Assembly (NCBI GenBank): GCA_947629305.1
Contig: CANRDD010000001.1
Span: 6,311 to 70,310, forward strand
DNA: 64,000 nt
Reading direction: 5' to 3'
Origin: an uncultured Bacilli bacterium
Lineage (GTDB): Bacteria > Bacillota_I > Bacilli_A > RF39 > UBA660
Shown here: positions 30,137-40,650 of the stretch, in pieces
How the letters are laid out: every line of letters begins with the position of its first letter
Numbering within the stretch: position 1 is the first letter of the stretch
Program-made: the position numbers and the translations under genes
The notes under the pieces: generated by a model
What the model was told of the DNA's origin: nothing
Seen by the model: only the letters and a program-made list of their open reading frames with translations
Database searches by the model: none

Positions 30137-31510
30137 GTGAGGTTTAACTTGAAGACAAGCACTCAAGAGTTATTCAACAAATTTTTAACAGAAATAGCAA
30201 GTAAAGTATCACAAAATGCTTATGTTATTTGGTTTTCGCAACTTGAACCTCTATCGATAAATAATGATGTATTTACGATAAAAGTCCCAATGGAAGTTCA
30301 TAAACAAATCTTAAGTGAAACTTATCATGATACAATAGATGCCATCTTTTTTTCCTTAACAGGAATAAATTATACCTTTAAATATGTAACAGAAGAGGAA
30401 ATAGAAGTTACGCCAGAAGTAACTTTGCCTGAATTACCTCAGGTAAAAAAAGAAGAAGAATGGGATACTCATTTAAAAAAAGAATATACTTTTGATAACT
30501 ATGTGGTTGGTAACTCCAATAGATTAGCTTTTATTGCCGCTAGGGCGGTAGCGGAGGCTCCAGGCACAATTCATAATCCTTTGTTTATCTATGGACGAAG
30601 TGGTCTTGGCAAAACCCATTTGATGCATGCCATTGGTAATTACATTACGGAAAATAGTAATAAAAAAGTTTTATATACAACAAGTAATGAATATCGAAAT
30701 GACTTCACGGGTATTGCTTCCATTAACAATGGTGTTAGTAAAATGAATTATGCTAACGAGTTTAAAAATAAATACCGAAATGTGGATGTTTTAATTATTG
30801 ATGATATTCAGTTTTTAACTGATGCAGAGAAAACCCAACAAGAATTTTTTCATACCTTTAATGAACTTCATCAAGCTAATAAACAGATAATTATTAGTAG
30901 TGATCGAAGTCCTGATGATTTAAAGAAAATAGAGGAAAGACTTAGAAGTCGTTTTATGTGGGGATTACCTGTGGATATTTATCCACCTGATTTTAATCTA
31001 AGATGTGATATTATAAGAGCAAAAATTAAAAATACAAGTATTGAAAATAAATTAAATTCTGATGTTATTGAATATATTGCTAATTCTTGTGTTAATGATG
31101 TTAGGCATATTGAAGGAACTATTAGAAGATTACTTGCTTATACAGCCATGATGGTTCCCGATAAAATAACTTTAGACTTTGCCATTGAAGCATTAAAAGA
31201 TTATGTTAATACCAATATATATATCAACAATTCGATAGCTTCAATTCAAAATGCTGTGGCCGAATATTTCAAAATATCAGTAGAAGATTTAAAAGGGAAA
31301 AGAAGAACAAATAATGTTGTTAGACCAAGGCATATTGCTATGTATTTATGCCGAGTGGAAACTGATGAACCTCTTATTAAAATAGGGCTTGAGTTTGGAG
31401 GAAGAGATCATTCCACTGTATCAACAGCGATAGATAAAATAAAAGAAGAATTAGAGACTGATGATAACTTGAATAAAATGTTGAAAGAAATAAAACATAA
31501 GTTACAATAA
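30137..31510 (+). CDS. dnaA: Chromosomal replication initiator protein DnaA
   Basis: AAA+ Walker A GRSGLGKTHL; Walker B VLIIDDIQF; C-terminal DNA-binding domain (HSTV...); GTG start at 30137 or TTG at 30149. Confidence 0.95.
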   Translation: MRFNLKTSTQELFNKFLTEIASKVSQNAYVIWFSQLEPLSINNDVFTIKVPMEVHKQILSETYHDTIDAIFFSLTGINYTFKYVTEEEIEVTPEVTLPELPQVKKEEEWDTHLKKEYTFDNYVVGNSNRLAFIAARAVAEAPGTIHNPLFIYGRSGLGKTHLMHAIGNYITENSNKKVLYTTSNEYRNDFTGIASINNGVSKMNYANEFKNKYRNVDVLIIDDIQFLTDAEKTQQEFFHTFNELHQANKQIIISSDRSPDDLKKIEERLRSRFMWGLPVDIYPPDFNLRCDIIRAKIKNTSIENKLNSDVIEYIANSCVNDVRHIEGTIRRLLAYTAMMVPDKITLDFAIEALKDYVNTNIYINNSIASIQNAVAEYFKISVEDLKGKRRTNNVVRPRHIAMYLCRVETDEPLIKIGLEFGGRDHSTVSTAIDKIKEELETDDNLNKMLKEIKHKLQ

Positions 31511-31544
31511 TGTTGATAACCTTTAGAAGAGAAAAGCCCTAAAA

Positions 31545-31645
31545 AAGGAAAAGAATGTTAATAAAGTTATACTTATCAACATAATCAACGTTATAAATAA
31601 AATAATAAATAAAAATAATAATAAAAGAAAGAAGGAAAAAAAATT
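31545..31645. promoter_or_regulatory. AT-rich putative DNA unwinding element with a DnaA-box-like site between dnaA and dnaN
   Basis: TTATCAACA (31573-31581, one mismatch to TTATCCACA) followed by ~60 nt of A/T-only sequence (aataaaataataaataaaaataataataaaagaaag); B. subtilis-like oriC arrangement. Confidence 0.5.
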
Positions 31646-32764
31646 ATGAAATGGACAATTGAAAAAAATATTATATTAGAAGCATTAAATAATGTTACCA
31701 AAGCATTAAGTCAAAGAACAACAATTCCTGTTTTAAATGGTATTGTTTTTGATGTTAAAGAACAAGGAATAGAAATACTTGCTAGTGATTCAGAATTAAC
31801 AATTAGAGTTATGATTGAAAATAAAGATATTAAATATTTAGAAGGTACAGGTAAAATAATTATTCAAAGTAAATTCTTTATGGATATGATTAGAAAAATG
31901 CCTGCCGATATAATTAATTTTGAAGTAGAAAATGATTTAAAAATTAAAATATCAACACCAAATAATCAATATCAATTAAATTGTTATGATCCTAATGATT
32001 ATCCAAATATTAATATGGAAAAATCTGATAGTGGAATCATTATTAAATCTAGTGTATTAAAAGAAATAATTAATCAAACATCATATGCTTTATCAACCCA
32101 AGAAGTAAGACCTTTATTAACAGGAATGAACTTAAAAATAAATGGAGATATTTTAGAATGTATTGTAACAGATTCTTATAGATTATCTAAGAAAAATATT
32201 AAATTAAATAGCCCAGTTAATAAACTTATCAACATTGTTATTCCTGGAAGAAGTATTACCGAATTAGAAAAAATAATATCAGAAGATGATGATGTGGAAA
32301 TACATGTCTTTAGTAATAAAATATTATTTATATATAAAAATATTTATATTCAAAGTAATTTATTAAATGGAACTTATCCAGAAACATCGCATTTTATTCC
32401 TAATGATTTTGCATATATAATTAATTTAAATGTAAGGGAATTTTATGATGCTGTTGATAGAGCGGCTTTACTTGCTCAAAGTAAAGAAAAGAATATTATT
32501 AAAATGCATATTGAAGATAAAACAATGGTAATTACATCAACATCTAATGAATTAGGGCAAGCTGAAGAAAAATTAAAGATTGATAGTAATAATAAAGAAA
32601 AGATAGAAATATCATTTAGTTCTAAATATATGATGGATGCATTAAAAGTAGTTAAAGAAGATAATATATTATTACTATTAAATACGGATGATAAGCCAAT
32701 TTTAGTTAAACCAGTTGTTGATGAATCATTAATCGAATTAATATTACCAGTTAAAACTTATTAA
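31646..32764 (+). CDS. dnaN: DNA polymerase III beta sliding clamp
   Basis: MKWTIEKNIILEALNNVTKALSQRTTIPVLNGIVFD...; 372 aa; three-domain clamp length. Confidence 0.9.
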   Translation: MKWTIEKNIILEALNNVTKALSQRTTIPVLNGIVFDVKEQGIEILASDSELTIRVMIENKDIKYLEGTGKIIIQSKFFMDMIRKMPADIINFEVENDLKIKISTPNNQYQLNCYDPNDYPNINMEKSDSGIIIKSSVLKEIINQTSYALSTQEVRPLLTGMNLKINGDILECIVTDSYRLSKKNIKLNSPVNKLINIVIPGRSITELEKIISEDDDVEIHVFSNKILFIYKNIYIQSNLLNGTYPETSHFIPNDFAYIINLNVREFYDAVDRAALLAQSKEKNIIKMHIEDKTMVITSTSNELGQAEEKLKIDSNNKEKIEISFSSKYMMDALKVVKEDNILLLLNTDDKPILVKPVVDESLIELILPVKTY

Positions 32765-32814
32765 ATTAATAAAGAAATGGTTAAGAAAAATTAATCATTT
32801 TTTTAAAAAAAGAC

Positions 32815-32843
32815 TTGACGAACATATGTTTATATGTTATAGT
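32815..32843 (+). promoter_or_regulatory. Sigma-A type promoter (TTGACG-17-TATAGT) containing the palindrome AACATATGTT in the spacer
   Basis: ttgacg 32815-32820; spacer aacatatgtttatatgt; tatagt 32838-32843; RBS aaggggg; ATG 32869. Confidence 0.55.
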
Positions 32844-32868
32844 AGATATACACAAGGGGGAAATACAG

Positions 32869-33432
32869 ATGAAAGATTTAGAATATGTAAATAATTTAAG
32901 AGAAGAAATAAGTAGAAAATTAGGTTTACCTAAGGAAGATTTAATGAGTATAAATGATTATTTACGTTATGAAATGTTATTTTTAAAGATTTATCAACTT
33001 ATTATATTTATAAGTATGAATGATCAAAGTATTTTTGAGCAAAGCAAATGGAAAGATAAAACAACTTTAGAAGTATTAAATTTAGATTTAGAAAAAATAG
33101 AAGAAGAAAAATTAATTAGGGCTTTGCATGATTTGGGCTTCTTGTTTAAAGAAGAAAAAGGATACTCGGAGTGTTTGCAAAGGTTTAAAACAACTTATGA
33201 AGATGCTAAATATTATGATTTTACGGGTGTTGATTTACCAAAAGAAAAACCAATAGAAGAAGTGCAAAGAACTTATGCTTCTTTAGTGGAAAGGTTAAAA
33301 GTTGTTAATTATACAATGGCAAGTAGTGTTGAAGCTGAAAAAATAAATAGTTTAAAAGAAGAAATGATAAGTATTTTAAGAGATATACAAACTCTAAAAT
33401 TAGGATATGATGAAAATATTTTAAAAAAATAA
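32869..33432 (+). CDS. Hypothetical protein (occupies the yaaA/S4-like slot between dnaN and recF but is not S4-like)
   Basis: 187-aa ORF from ATG 32869 with RBS. The ORF-track start at 32815 overlaps its own promoter and is unlikely. Confidence 0.5.
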   Translation: MKDLEYVNNLREEISRKLGLPKEDLMSINDYLRYEMLFLKIYQLIIFISMNDQSIFEQSKWKDKTTLEVLNLDLEKIEEEKLIRALHDLGFLFKEEKGYSECLQRFKTTYEDAKYYDFTGVDLPKEKPIEEVQRTYASLVERLKVVNYTMASSVEAEKINSLKEEMISILRDIQTLKLGYDENILKK

Positions 33433-33514
33433 TGATTTTCGCCAAAATTCGACAAAATTTATTCTAAACATATGTTAAGATATTAGGCAATTTTTTAGAA
33501 GGAGTTTAGAATAA

Positions 33515-33958
33515 ATGAATTATATTATTAATGGTAATACTTTATGGATTGAAAGAAAGGAAAATAAAATTTATATTAATGAAATGGGATTTAATAAAGT
33601 AATATACAATGGCAATGTTAGAGAAATAATAAATAAAAGTTGCCTTTACTATGGATCTTCTTATCATGGTCGTATTCAAGGATCATCTTTGATTCTGGAA
33701 GCTAATTATAAACTACCCATTATTATCAAAGACAATGCCGAGTTAATTGTTTTTCCCCTTGTTACTTCAACATTAAAAGATCCTATTTGGTTTATCTATA
33801 ATAATATAAAAGAATATCATCAAATTAAAAAAAATAAAGTCTTGGTGGAATTTACAAATGGGCAAACAGAAGCTTTTAATGTCTCGTTTTATACCTTTAA
33901 TCAACAAATATTAAAAAGTAGTCGTTTGTATGTGGTTAGCAAAACCAGAAATGGGTAA
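33515..33958 (+). CDS. ComK-family competence transcription factor homolog
   Basis: KSCLYYGSSYHGRIQGS...KLPIIIKDNAELIVFPLVTS...PIWFIYNNIKEY...VLVEFTNGQTEAFNVSFYTFNQQ aligns with the B. subtilis ComK core (SCRFFGSSYAGRKAG...KPPIMVDPSNQIFLFPTLSS...GWISHVHVKEF...VTFSNGKTMELPISYNSFENQ). Confidence 0.7.
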   Translation: MNYIINGNTLWIERKENKIYINEMGFNKVIYNGNVREIINKSCLYYGSSYHGRIQGSSLILEANYKLPIIIKDNAELIVFPLVTSTLKDPIWFIYNNIKEYHQIKKNKVLVEFTNGQTEAFNVSFYTFNQQILKSSRLYVVSKTRNG

Positions 33959-34093
33959 AAATAGGGTAAAATTTTCACTGTTGACCACGAATTTTTCTTT
34001 AAAATACTTCTATTTTATGATATAATTAAGTTACGTATAGGTATACAATATTACCTTAAAAATTAAAATAATGTCATAAAAGAGGCTTTAGAA

Positions 34094-35188
34094 ATGAAAT
34101 TAGAAAAATTAGTTATTCAGAATTTTCGCAATTATGACAAATTAACAATTAATTTTGCTGATGGCCTAAATATAATCTATGGATCAAATGGGGCAGGAAA
34201 AACAAATTTAGTTGAAGCTATATATGTTTTGTCTCTAACTAAATCATTTAGACTTTCTAATGATAAAGTTTTAATTAAAAAAGGTAAAGAAAAAGCTAGC
34301 GTAGAAGGAGAAATTAAAAAAAATAAAGATACATCAACGTATAAATTAATATTAAGTGAAGAGGGTAAAAAAGTCGAAATAAATAATAATAAAATGGCCA
34401 AAATAAGTGAATATATATCCCGAATTAACATTGTTTTATTTAATCCTGTAGATACTAACTTAATTATTGCTTCCCCAAGTGATCGCCGAAATTTACTTAA
34501 TATTGAAATTAGTCAACTTTATAAAGAATATTTAATTATATTATCAAATTATAATCGGATATTAAAACAAAGAAATTTTTATTTAAGACAGTTATACGTT
34601 AATGGGAATAATCCAACTGAATATTTAGATATTTTAACAAATAAATTAATTGAATTTGGTTTAAGAATAAATAAATATCGGGAAAGTTTTATTGAAAATA
34701 TTAATAAATATATTGGAAAAATTTATGAAAATATTTTTAAAACTGGGGAAGTAAAAGTAAAATATGTATCTAGTTTTAATAAGAAGGATCCTCAAGAAAT
34801 AATGGCAATGTATAAAAAAAGTTATAGTAAAGAAATGACTTTAGGTAAAACCCTTCTGGGTGTTCATCATGATGATATTATTTTTACTTTAGATAATCAT
34901 CCTTTGAAAGAATGGGGTAGTGAAGGACAAAGAAAAAACAGTATCATTTCTTTTAAATTAGCCCAATTAAATGTTATAAAAGAAATTAAGGGTTATTATC
35001 CTATACTTATATTAGATGACTTGTTTAGTGAACTAGATCAAGAAAAAATTAAAAATATTCTATTAATGTTAAATAATGAAGTACAGACATTTATTACAAC
35101 AACAGAAGTAAATAAAATAAATAAAAAGATACTTCATAAAAGTAAGTTATGGCATTGTTTAGATGGAAAATTGGAGGAAGAGGTATGA
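34094..35188 (+). CDS. recF: DNA replication and repair protein RecF
   Basis: Walker [15 protein letters not shown]; ABC signature region; Walker [12 protein letters not shown]; 364 aa. Confidence 0.9.
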   Translation: MKLEKLVIQNFRNYDKLTINFADGLNIIYGSNGAGKTNLVEAIYVLSLTKSFRLSNDKVLIKKGKEKASVEGEIKKNKDTSTYKLILSEEGKKVEINNNKMAKISEYISRINIVLFNPVDTNLIIASPSDRRNLLNIEISQLYKEYLIILSNYNRILKQRNFYLRQLYVNGNNPTEYLDILTNKLIEFGLRINKYRESFIENINKYIGKIYENIFKTGEVKVKYVSSFNKKDPQEIMAMYKKSYSKEMTLGKTLLGVHHDDIIFTLDNHPLKEWGSEGQRKNSIISFKLAQLNVIKEIKGYYPILILDDLFSELDQEKIKNILLMLNNEVQTFITTTEVNKINKKILHKSKLWHCLDGKLEEEV

Positions 35189-37113
35189 GCAGAGAAGAAG
35201 AAAGACATTATTCAGATAACGATATCCAAGTACTAGAAGGATTAGAAGCAGTTCGCAAAAGACCTGGTATGTATATTGGAAGTACAGGTGAAAGGGGTTT
35301 GCATCATCTTGTTTGGGAAATTGTAGATAATGCTGTTGATGAAGCCTTAGCGGGTTTTTGTGATGACATTGAAGTAATTATTGATAAAGGAAATATTATT
35401 GAAATTCGTGATGATGGAAGAGGTATGCCTACGGGAATTAATGCCAAGACTGGTTTATCAACTATCGAAACAATTTTTACCGTTTTACATGCTGGAGGTA
35501 AATTTGGCGGGGAAGGCTATAAAGTAAGTGGAGGTCTTCATGGTGTTGGTGCTTCTGTTGTTAATGCTTTGTCGGAATGGTTAGAAGTTACTGTTTATCG
35601 TGATGGTCAAATTCATTTTCAAAGATTTGAAGATGGAGGTAAACCAAAAGAACCTTTAAAAATTATTGGGGAATGTGACGAAAATAGAACAGGAACAACG
35701 GTAAGATTTAAAGCTGATCCTACTATTTTTACCGAAACAACAATATATAACTACGATACATTATATAAAAGATTACAAGAAATAGCTTTTTTAAATAAAG
35801 GTTTAAGAATTAATTTATATGATGAAAGAGAAGATGAAAAACATGATGTTTTCCTATATAATGGGGGAATTATTGAATATGTGCAAATGCTTAATAAAAG
35901 TAAAAAGCCTTTGCATGATGAAATAATTTATTTAGAAGGTGTAACAGATGGAATTGAAATACAAGTAGCTTGTCAATATAATGAAAGTTATAGTGAATCT
36001 ATTTATTCTTTTACTAATAATATCAATACTTATGAAGGTGGAACCCATGAAGATGGGGTTAAAATGGCTCTTACGAGAGTTATTAATAATTATGCTAAGA
36101 ATGCTAAACTTTTAAAAGATAATGATGACTCTTTAACTGGAGAAGATTGCCGGGAAGGTCTTACAATGATTATTTCTTGTAAACATCCTGATCCTCAGTT
36201 TGAAGGGCAAACTAAAACCAAATTAGGTAATAGTGAAGTTAAAAAGATAGCTAATGATATTTTCTCAAAAGGTTTTGAAAGATTTTTGATGGAAAATCCT
36301 GATGTGGCTAGAGTTATAATTGATAAATGTATGACGGCATCAAGAGCTAGACTGGCCGCGAAAAAAGCTCGGGAATTAACAAGAAGAAAAAGTGATTTAG
36401 ACGTTGTCAACTTTGGAGGAAAATTAGTTGATTGTAAGGAAAAAGATCCATCTGTTTGTGAAATATTCCTAGTCGAAGGGGATAGTGCCGGAGGATCTGC
36501 GATAAAGGGAAGAAATAGTTTAACTCAAGCCATCCTTCCTTTAAGAGGTAAAATATTAAATGTTGAAAAAGCTCGGCTTGATAAAGCTTTAAGTAATGAA
36601 GAAATTAGGACAATTATTACCGCTTTTGGGACAGGAATTGGTCAAGAATTTGATTTAAGTAAATTAAGATATAATAAAATTATTATCATGACCGATGCCG
36701 ATGTTGATGGATCTCACATTCGGGTATTACTTTTAACCTTATTTTATCGTTTCTTTAGACCTATTGTTGAAGAAGGCCATGTATATGCTGCTCAACCACC
36801 TTTATTTTGTATAAAACATGGAAAAACTATAAAATATGTTTTAGACGAAAAAGAAAGAGATGAATATTTAGCAAAATTAAGTGAAAAACATGTAAATTAT
36901 GAAATAACAAGAATGAAAGGTCTTGGGGAAATGGATGCTGAAGAATTAAATGAAACAACCATGGATATTGATAAACGGATATTAAGAAAAATAACTGTTG
37001 ATGATGTAATATCCGCGGATGCTGCCTTTAGTAAACTTATGGGTGAAGAAGTAGAACCAAGAAGAAAATTTATTGAAGATAATGCATCTTATGTTAAGAA
37101 TTTGGATATTTAG
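35185..37113 (+). CDS. gyrB: DNA gyrase subunit B
   Basis: [16 protein letters not shown] (GHKL ATPase); Toprim EGDSAGGSA; start ATG 35185 ([11 protein letters not shown]) with GGAGG RBS; overlaps recF stop (ATGA). Confidence 0.95.
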   Translation: MSREEERHYSDNDIQVLEGLEAVRKRPGMYIGSTGERGLHHLVWEIVDNAVDEALAGFCDDIEVIIDKGNIIEIRDDGRGMPTGINAKTGLSTIETIFTVLHAGGKFGGEGYKVSGGLHGVGASVVNALSEWLEVTVYRDGQIHFQRFEDGGKPKEPLKIIGECDENRTGTTVRFKADPTIFTETTIYNYDTLYKRLQEIAFLNKGLRINLYDEREDEKHDVFLYNGGIIEYVQMLNKSKKPLHDEIIYLEGVTDGIEIQVACQYNESYSESIYSFTNNINTYEGGTHEDGVKMALTRVINNYAKNAKLLKDNDDSLTGEDCREGLTMIISCKHPDPQFEGQTKTKLGNSEVKKIANDIFSKGFERFLMENPDVARVIIDKCMTASRARLAAKKARELTRRKSDLDVVNFGGKLVDCKEKDPSVCEIFLVEGDSAGGSAIKGRNSLTQAILPLRGKILNVEKARLDKALSNEEIRTIITAFGTGIGQEFDLSKLRYNKIIIMTDADVDGSHIRVLLLTLFYRFFRPIVEEGHVYAAQPPLFCIKHGKTIKYVLDEKERDEYLAKLSEKHVNYEITRMKGLGEMDAEELNETTMDIDKRILRKITVDDVISADAAFSKLMGEEVEPRRKFIEDNASYVKNLDI

Positions 37114-37124
37114 GAGGGTTTGAT

Positions 37125-39590
37125 ATGGATAATAAAGATAGATTAGAAGAAAATAATATAGTTAATGAAATTGAAAGTTCTTTTATTGATTATTCCGTAA
37201 GTGTTATTACTTCAAGAGCTCTTCCTGATTTAAGAGATGGTTTAAAACCTGTACATAGAAGAATTCTTTATTCAATGTATGAATCTGGTTATACACCAGA
37301 TAAACCACATAAAAAAAGTGCACGTATAGTCGGGGATGTCATGGGGAAATATCACCCTCATGGTGACTCATCTATTTACGAAGCTATGGTTAGAATGGCT
37401 CAAGATTTTAATTACCGTTATATGTTAGTTGATGGGCATGGAAATTTTGGTAATATTGAAGGTTATGGTGCCGCAGCGATGCGTTATACCGAATCAAGGC
37501 TTTCCAAAATCTCTTTGGAATTATTAAGAGATATTAATAAAAATACAGTAGATTTTGGACCAAACTTTGATGAATCAGAAAAAGAACCTTTTACTTTACC
37601 AAGTCGTTTTCCTAATATTTTAGTAAATGGTACCATGGGTATCGCAGTTGGTATGGCCACGAATATCCCTCCACATAACCTTGGTGAAGTCATTGATGGT
37701 TGTATTGCATATATTGATAATCCTGATATTGATACCTTAGGATTAATGACTTATATAAAAGGACCTGACTTTCCAACTGGTGGTATAATTCTTGGTAACT
37801 CAGGGATCAAGCAAGCATATGAAACAGGCCGAGGAACTATAACGATTAGAAGTAAAGCCACAATTGAAGAAAAAAACGGTCGTCAATATATTGTTGTTGA
37901 TGAAGTACCTTATGGTGTAAATACTTTAGAATTAAAAAATAAAGTTGCCGAATTAGTTCATAATAAAGTTTTAGATGGTATTTCTGACTATCATACCGAC
38001 TTAAAAGATGGCGTTAAAATAACAATTACGTTGAAAAAAGATGCCAATGCCCAAGTTGTGTTAAATAATTTATATAAACATACAGCATTTCAATCTAATT
38101 TTGGGGTAATATTCTTAATGCTTGATAAAGGTGTTCCTAAAACTTTAGGACTTAAGGATATTATTTCTAAATATGTTGATTATCAAAGAGAAGTTATTAT
38201 TAAAAGAACCCAATTTGATTTAGATAAAGATGAAAAGAGAGTTCATATATTAGAAGGTTTAAAAATTGCTTTAGATAATATTGATGAAGTTATTAAAATA
38301 ATTCGGGGAGCTAATACGGATGAAGAAGCTAAAGCTAATTTAACAAGCCATTATGGCTTAAGTGATGCCCAAACTAGTGCCATTTTGGAAATGCGTTTAA
38401 GACGGTTAACTGGTTTAGAAAGAGATAAAATAGAATCAGAATTACAAGAATTATTAAAAGAAATAGATCGTTTAAGAGCAATTTTAGCCGATCCTAAGAA
38501 GATTGATGAAGTAATTAAAAATGAAATGTTAGAAATAAAGAATAAATATGCTGATGAAAGACGAACTAAAATTGATATGACCGCGGTGGATTATATCGAA
38601 GATGAATCTTTAATTCCAAATGAAGATATTTTAGTAGTGTTAACTAATAAAGGTTACATTAAGAGAACTATTTCAGATACTTTCAAAGCTCAAAGAAGAG
38701 GTGGAGTTGGAATTAAAGGTATTTCAACAAATGATGAAGACTTTGTAGAAAATATGATAAATCTTAATTCTCATGATTATATCTTATTCTTTACAAATAA
38801 AGGTCGTGTTTATAGATTAAAAGGATATGAAATACCAGAATTTAGCAGACAGTCTAAGGGACTGCCAATTATCAATCTTTTATCAATTGGTAAAGATGAA
38901 AAAATAAGCAGTATTTTAAAAATTAATAAAAACGAAGAAAATAAATTTTTATTATTTGCTACGCGTAATGGTATTGTTAAGAAAACTTCTATTCAAGAAT
39001 TTGATAACATAAGAAATAATGGTAAAATATGCATTACATTACGTGATAATGATGAATTAATTGATGTTAAGAAAACTAATGATAATGATTTAATCTTATT
39101 AGGATCTAGTGCGGGACGAATGGTAAAATTCCCTGAAAAAGAAATTAGAAATATGGGACGTACGGCATCTGGTGTTCGTGGTATTAATTTAGAAGATGCT
39201 AAATGTATATGTTGTGAAGTTGTTAAAGATGATGATACCATATTATTAGTAACAGAAAAGGGTTACGGTAAACAAACATATGTTTGTGATTTTAGACAAA
39301 CAAGAAGAGGCAGTAAAGGTGTTAAAGCCCTTAATGTTACTGAAAAAAATGGTAATCTAAGCGCAATAAAAATAGCTAGTTTTGATAAAGATGTTATTAT
39401 TATGACGGATTCTGGTATGACCGTTAGAATGGCTATTGATCAAATATCAATATTAGGTCGTGTTACTCAAGGAGTTCGATTAATAAATCTTAAAGATAAT
39501 CAAAAAGTAGCAACAATTAGCATTGTGGATAAAGATAATGTTGATGAACAACCTCCCGAAAATGTAGACAATATAGAAAATGAAGAATAA
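37125..39590 (+). CDS. gyrA: DNA gyrase subunit A
   Basis: Active-site region [17 protein letters not shown]; [14 protein letters not shown]; C-terminal beta-pinwheel repeats; 821 aa. Confidence 0.95.
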   Translation: MDNKDRLEENNIVNEIESSFIDYSVSVITSRALPDLRDGLKPVHRRILYSMYESGYTPDKPHKKSARIVGDVMGKYHPHGDSSIYEAMVRMAQDFNYRYMLVDGHGNFGNIEGYGAAAMRYTESRLSKISLELLRDINKNTVDFGPNFDESEKEPFTLPSRFPNILVNGTMGIAVGMATNIPPHNLGEVIDGCIAYIDNPDIDTLGLMTYIKGPDFPTGGIILGNSGIKQAYETGRGTITIRSKATIEEKNGRQYIVVDEVPYGVNTLELKNKVAELVHNKVLDGISDYHTDLKDGVKITITLKKDANAQVVLNNLYKHTAFQSNFGVIFLMLDKGVPKTLGLKDIISKYVDYQREVIIKRTQFDLDKDEKRVHILEGLKIALDNIDEVIKIIRGANTDEEAKANLTSHYGLSDAQTSAILEMRLRRLTGLERDKIESELQELLKEIDRLRAILADPKKIDEVIKNEMLEIKNKYADERRTKIDMTAVDYIEDESLIPNEDILVVLTNKGYIKRTISDTFKAQRRGGVGIKGISTNDEDFVENMINLNSHDYILFFTNKGRVYRLKGYEIPEFSRQSKGLPIINLLSIGKDEKISSILKINKNEENKFLLFATRNGIVKKTSIQEFDNIRNNGKICITLRDNDELIDVKKTNDNDLILLGSSAGRMVKFPEKEIRNMGRTASGVRGINLEDAKCICCEVVKDDDTILLVTEKGYGKQTYVCDFRQTRRGSKGVKALNVTEKNGNLSAIKIASFDKDVIIMTDSGMTVRMAIDQISILGRVTQGVRLINLKDNQKVATISIVDKDNVDEQPPENVDNIENEE

Positions 39591-39620
39591 TGTTTCACGT
39601 GGAACATTATTTTTTTTTGT
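39588..39620 (+). terminator. Rho-independent terminator of gyrA whose stem is a parS palindrome
   Basis: aATGTTTCACGTGGAACATt hairpin followed by ATTTTTTTTT immediately after the gyrA stop. Confidence 0.6.
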
Positions 39621-40058
39621 ACAATTATATAAATTTACCAAAACAACTAAATAAACCAATGTTCCACGTGAAACATGACATAAATTAATCAAATTAATAT
39701 ATCAAAATAGCTGAATAAATCAATGTTTCACGTGAAACATGACATAAATTAATCAAATAAACATATTAAAATAACTGAATAAATCAATGTTCCACGTGAA
39801 ACATGACATGAATTAATTAAATTAATATATTAAAACAACTTATTAAATCAATGTTCCACGTGAAACATGACATAAATTAATCAAATTAATATATCAAAAT
39901 AGCTGAATAAATCAATGTTCCACGTGAAACATGTATAAATTAATCAAATAAACATATTAAAATAACTAAATAAATCAATGTTCCACGTGAAACATGACAT
40001 GAATTAATTAAATTAATATATTAAAACAACTTATTGAATCAATGTTCCACGTGAAACA
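39591..40058. repeat. Tandem array of eight parS (ParB-binding) sites at ~64-bp periodicity embedded in a ~65-bp/195-bp higher-order direct repeat
   Basis: 16-mers matching the Firmicute parS consensus TGTTNCACGTGAAACA at 39591 (TGTTTCACGTGGAACA), 39660, 39724 (TGTTTCACGTGAAACA), 39788, 39852, 39916, 39979, 40043 (TGTTCCACGTGAAACA). Flanks are three alternating unit variants (A-B-C-A-B-C). Confidence 0.8.
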
Positions 40059-40071
40059 TTATGAAATGATG

Positions 40072-40100
40072 TTGACAATTATCGGAGAGTTTGTTAATAT
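40072..40100 (+). promoter_or_regulatory. Sigma-A type promoter for the SRP RNA (TTGACA-17-TAATAT)
   Basis: ttgaca 40072-40077; 17-nt spacer; taatat 40095-40100 (or tataat 40098-40103); 14 bp downstream of the last parS. Confidence 0.55.
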
Positions 40101-40103
40101 AAT

Positions 40104-40182
40104 GATGTGCAACAAGGATGCTGTAAACTGGTCAGAATCGGAAGATAGCAGCCACATCAGCCTCTGCTTGTGTGCACTTTTT
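40104..40182 (+). ncRNA. ffs: Small signal recognition particle RNA (4.5S/scRNA-like, ffs/scr)
   Basis: GC-rich hairpin GTGCAACAAGG...CTGCTTGTGTGCAC. Apical region GGTCAGAATCGGAAGATAGCAGCC matches the SRP RNA domain IV consensus (GUCAGGUCCGGAAGGAAGCAGC). Ends in TTTTT. Lies in the tadA-dnaX neighbourhood where scr sits in Bacillus. Confidence 0.6.
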
Positions 40183-40195
40183 ATATGGTGATAAA

Positions 40196-40609
40196 ATGAA
40201 TAAATATTGGCAAGAAGTATTAAAATTAACCCAAAAAGCTCAAAAGAAAGGTGAAGTTCCTGTTGGAGCTATTATTGTTTACAATTCGAAGATAATTGCT
40301 AAAGGTTATAATAAAAGAGAAGGGAAACATGATATATTAGGACACGCTGAAATTGAATGTATTAAAAAAGCAAACAAATGTTTGTATAATTGGAAGTTGT
40401 CAGAATGTGAAATGTATGTATCATTAAAACCTTGTTCAATGTGTGAAGCAATTATTAGGCAATCACGTCTAAAAGCAGTACATTATTTACTAGAAAAAGA
40501 TGAAAAAAAACATGAATATGCTAAAACGGCTTTTATTAAAGAAGAAAACTTAGAATATGCCAATAATTTTAAATATGTTTTAAATAATTTTTTTAAGAAA
40601 ATGCGGTAA
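40196..40609 (+). CDS. tadA: tRNA-specific adenosine deaminase TadA
   Basis: Zinc-binding HAE...PCxxC (GHAEIECI ... PCSMCEAII); start at ATG 40196 (MNKYWQEV). The ORF-track GTG at 40172 would overlap the SRP RNA. Confidence 0.8.
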   Translation: MNKYWQEVLKLTQKAQKKGEVPVGAIIVYNSKIIAKGYNKREGKHDILGHAEIECIKKANKCLYNWKLSECEMYVSLKPCSMCEAIIRQSRLKAVHYLLEKDEKKHEYAKTAFIKEENLEYANNFKYVLNNFFKKMR

Positions 40610-40650
40610 TTTTTATTTATATATGATATAATTTTATACGGAGGATCATC

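Noticed and set aside
32815-32868. ORF-track start at 32815 for the gene after dnaN (MTNICLYVIVDIHKGEIQ...)
   Set aside because: This stretch contains a near-consensus -35/-10 promoter and an RBS. ATG 32869 preceded by AAGGGGG is the probable start.
34177-39692. Minus-strand ORFs inside recF, gyrB, gyrA (34177-34431, 36195-36410, 37484-37693, 38993-39241, 39480-39692)
   Set aside because: All are antisense to strongly conserved genes or, for 39480-39692, run through the parS array. No independent support.
39591-40058. Regularly spaced direct repeats resembling a CRISPR array
   Set aside because: The intervening sequences are not unique spacers. They are three recurring variants of the same unit, and the conserved core is the ParB-binding parS palindrome. 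No cas genes are nearby. Interpreted as a parS array in a higher-order tandem repeat.
40172-40195. ORF-track start of tadA at GTG 40172 (MHFLYGDK...)
   Set aside because: This segment is the 3' stem and T-run of the predicted SRP RNA. ATG 40196 (MNKYWQ) matches TadA N-termini and is used instead.
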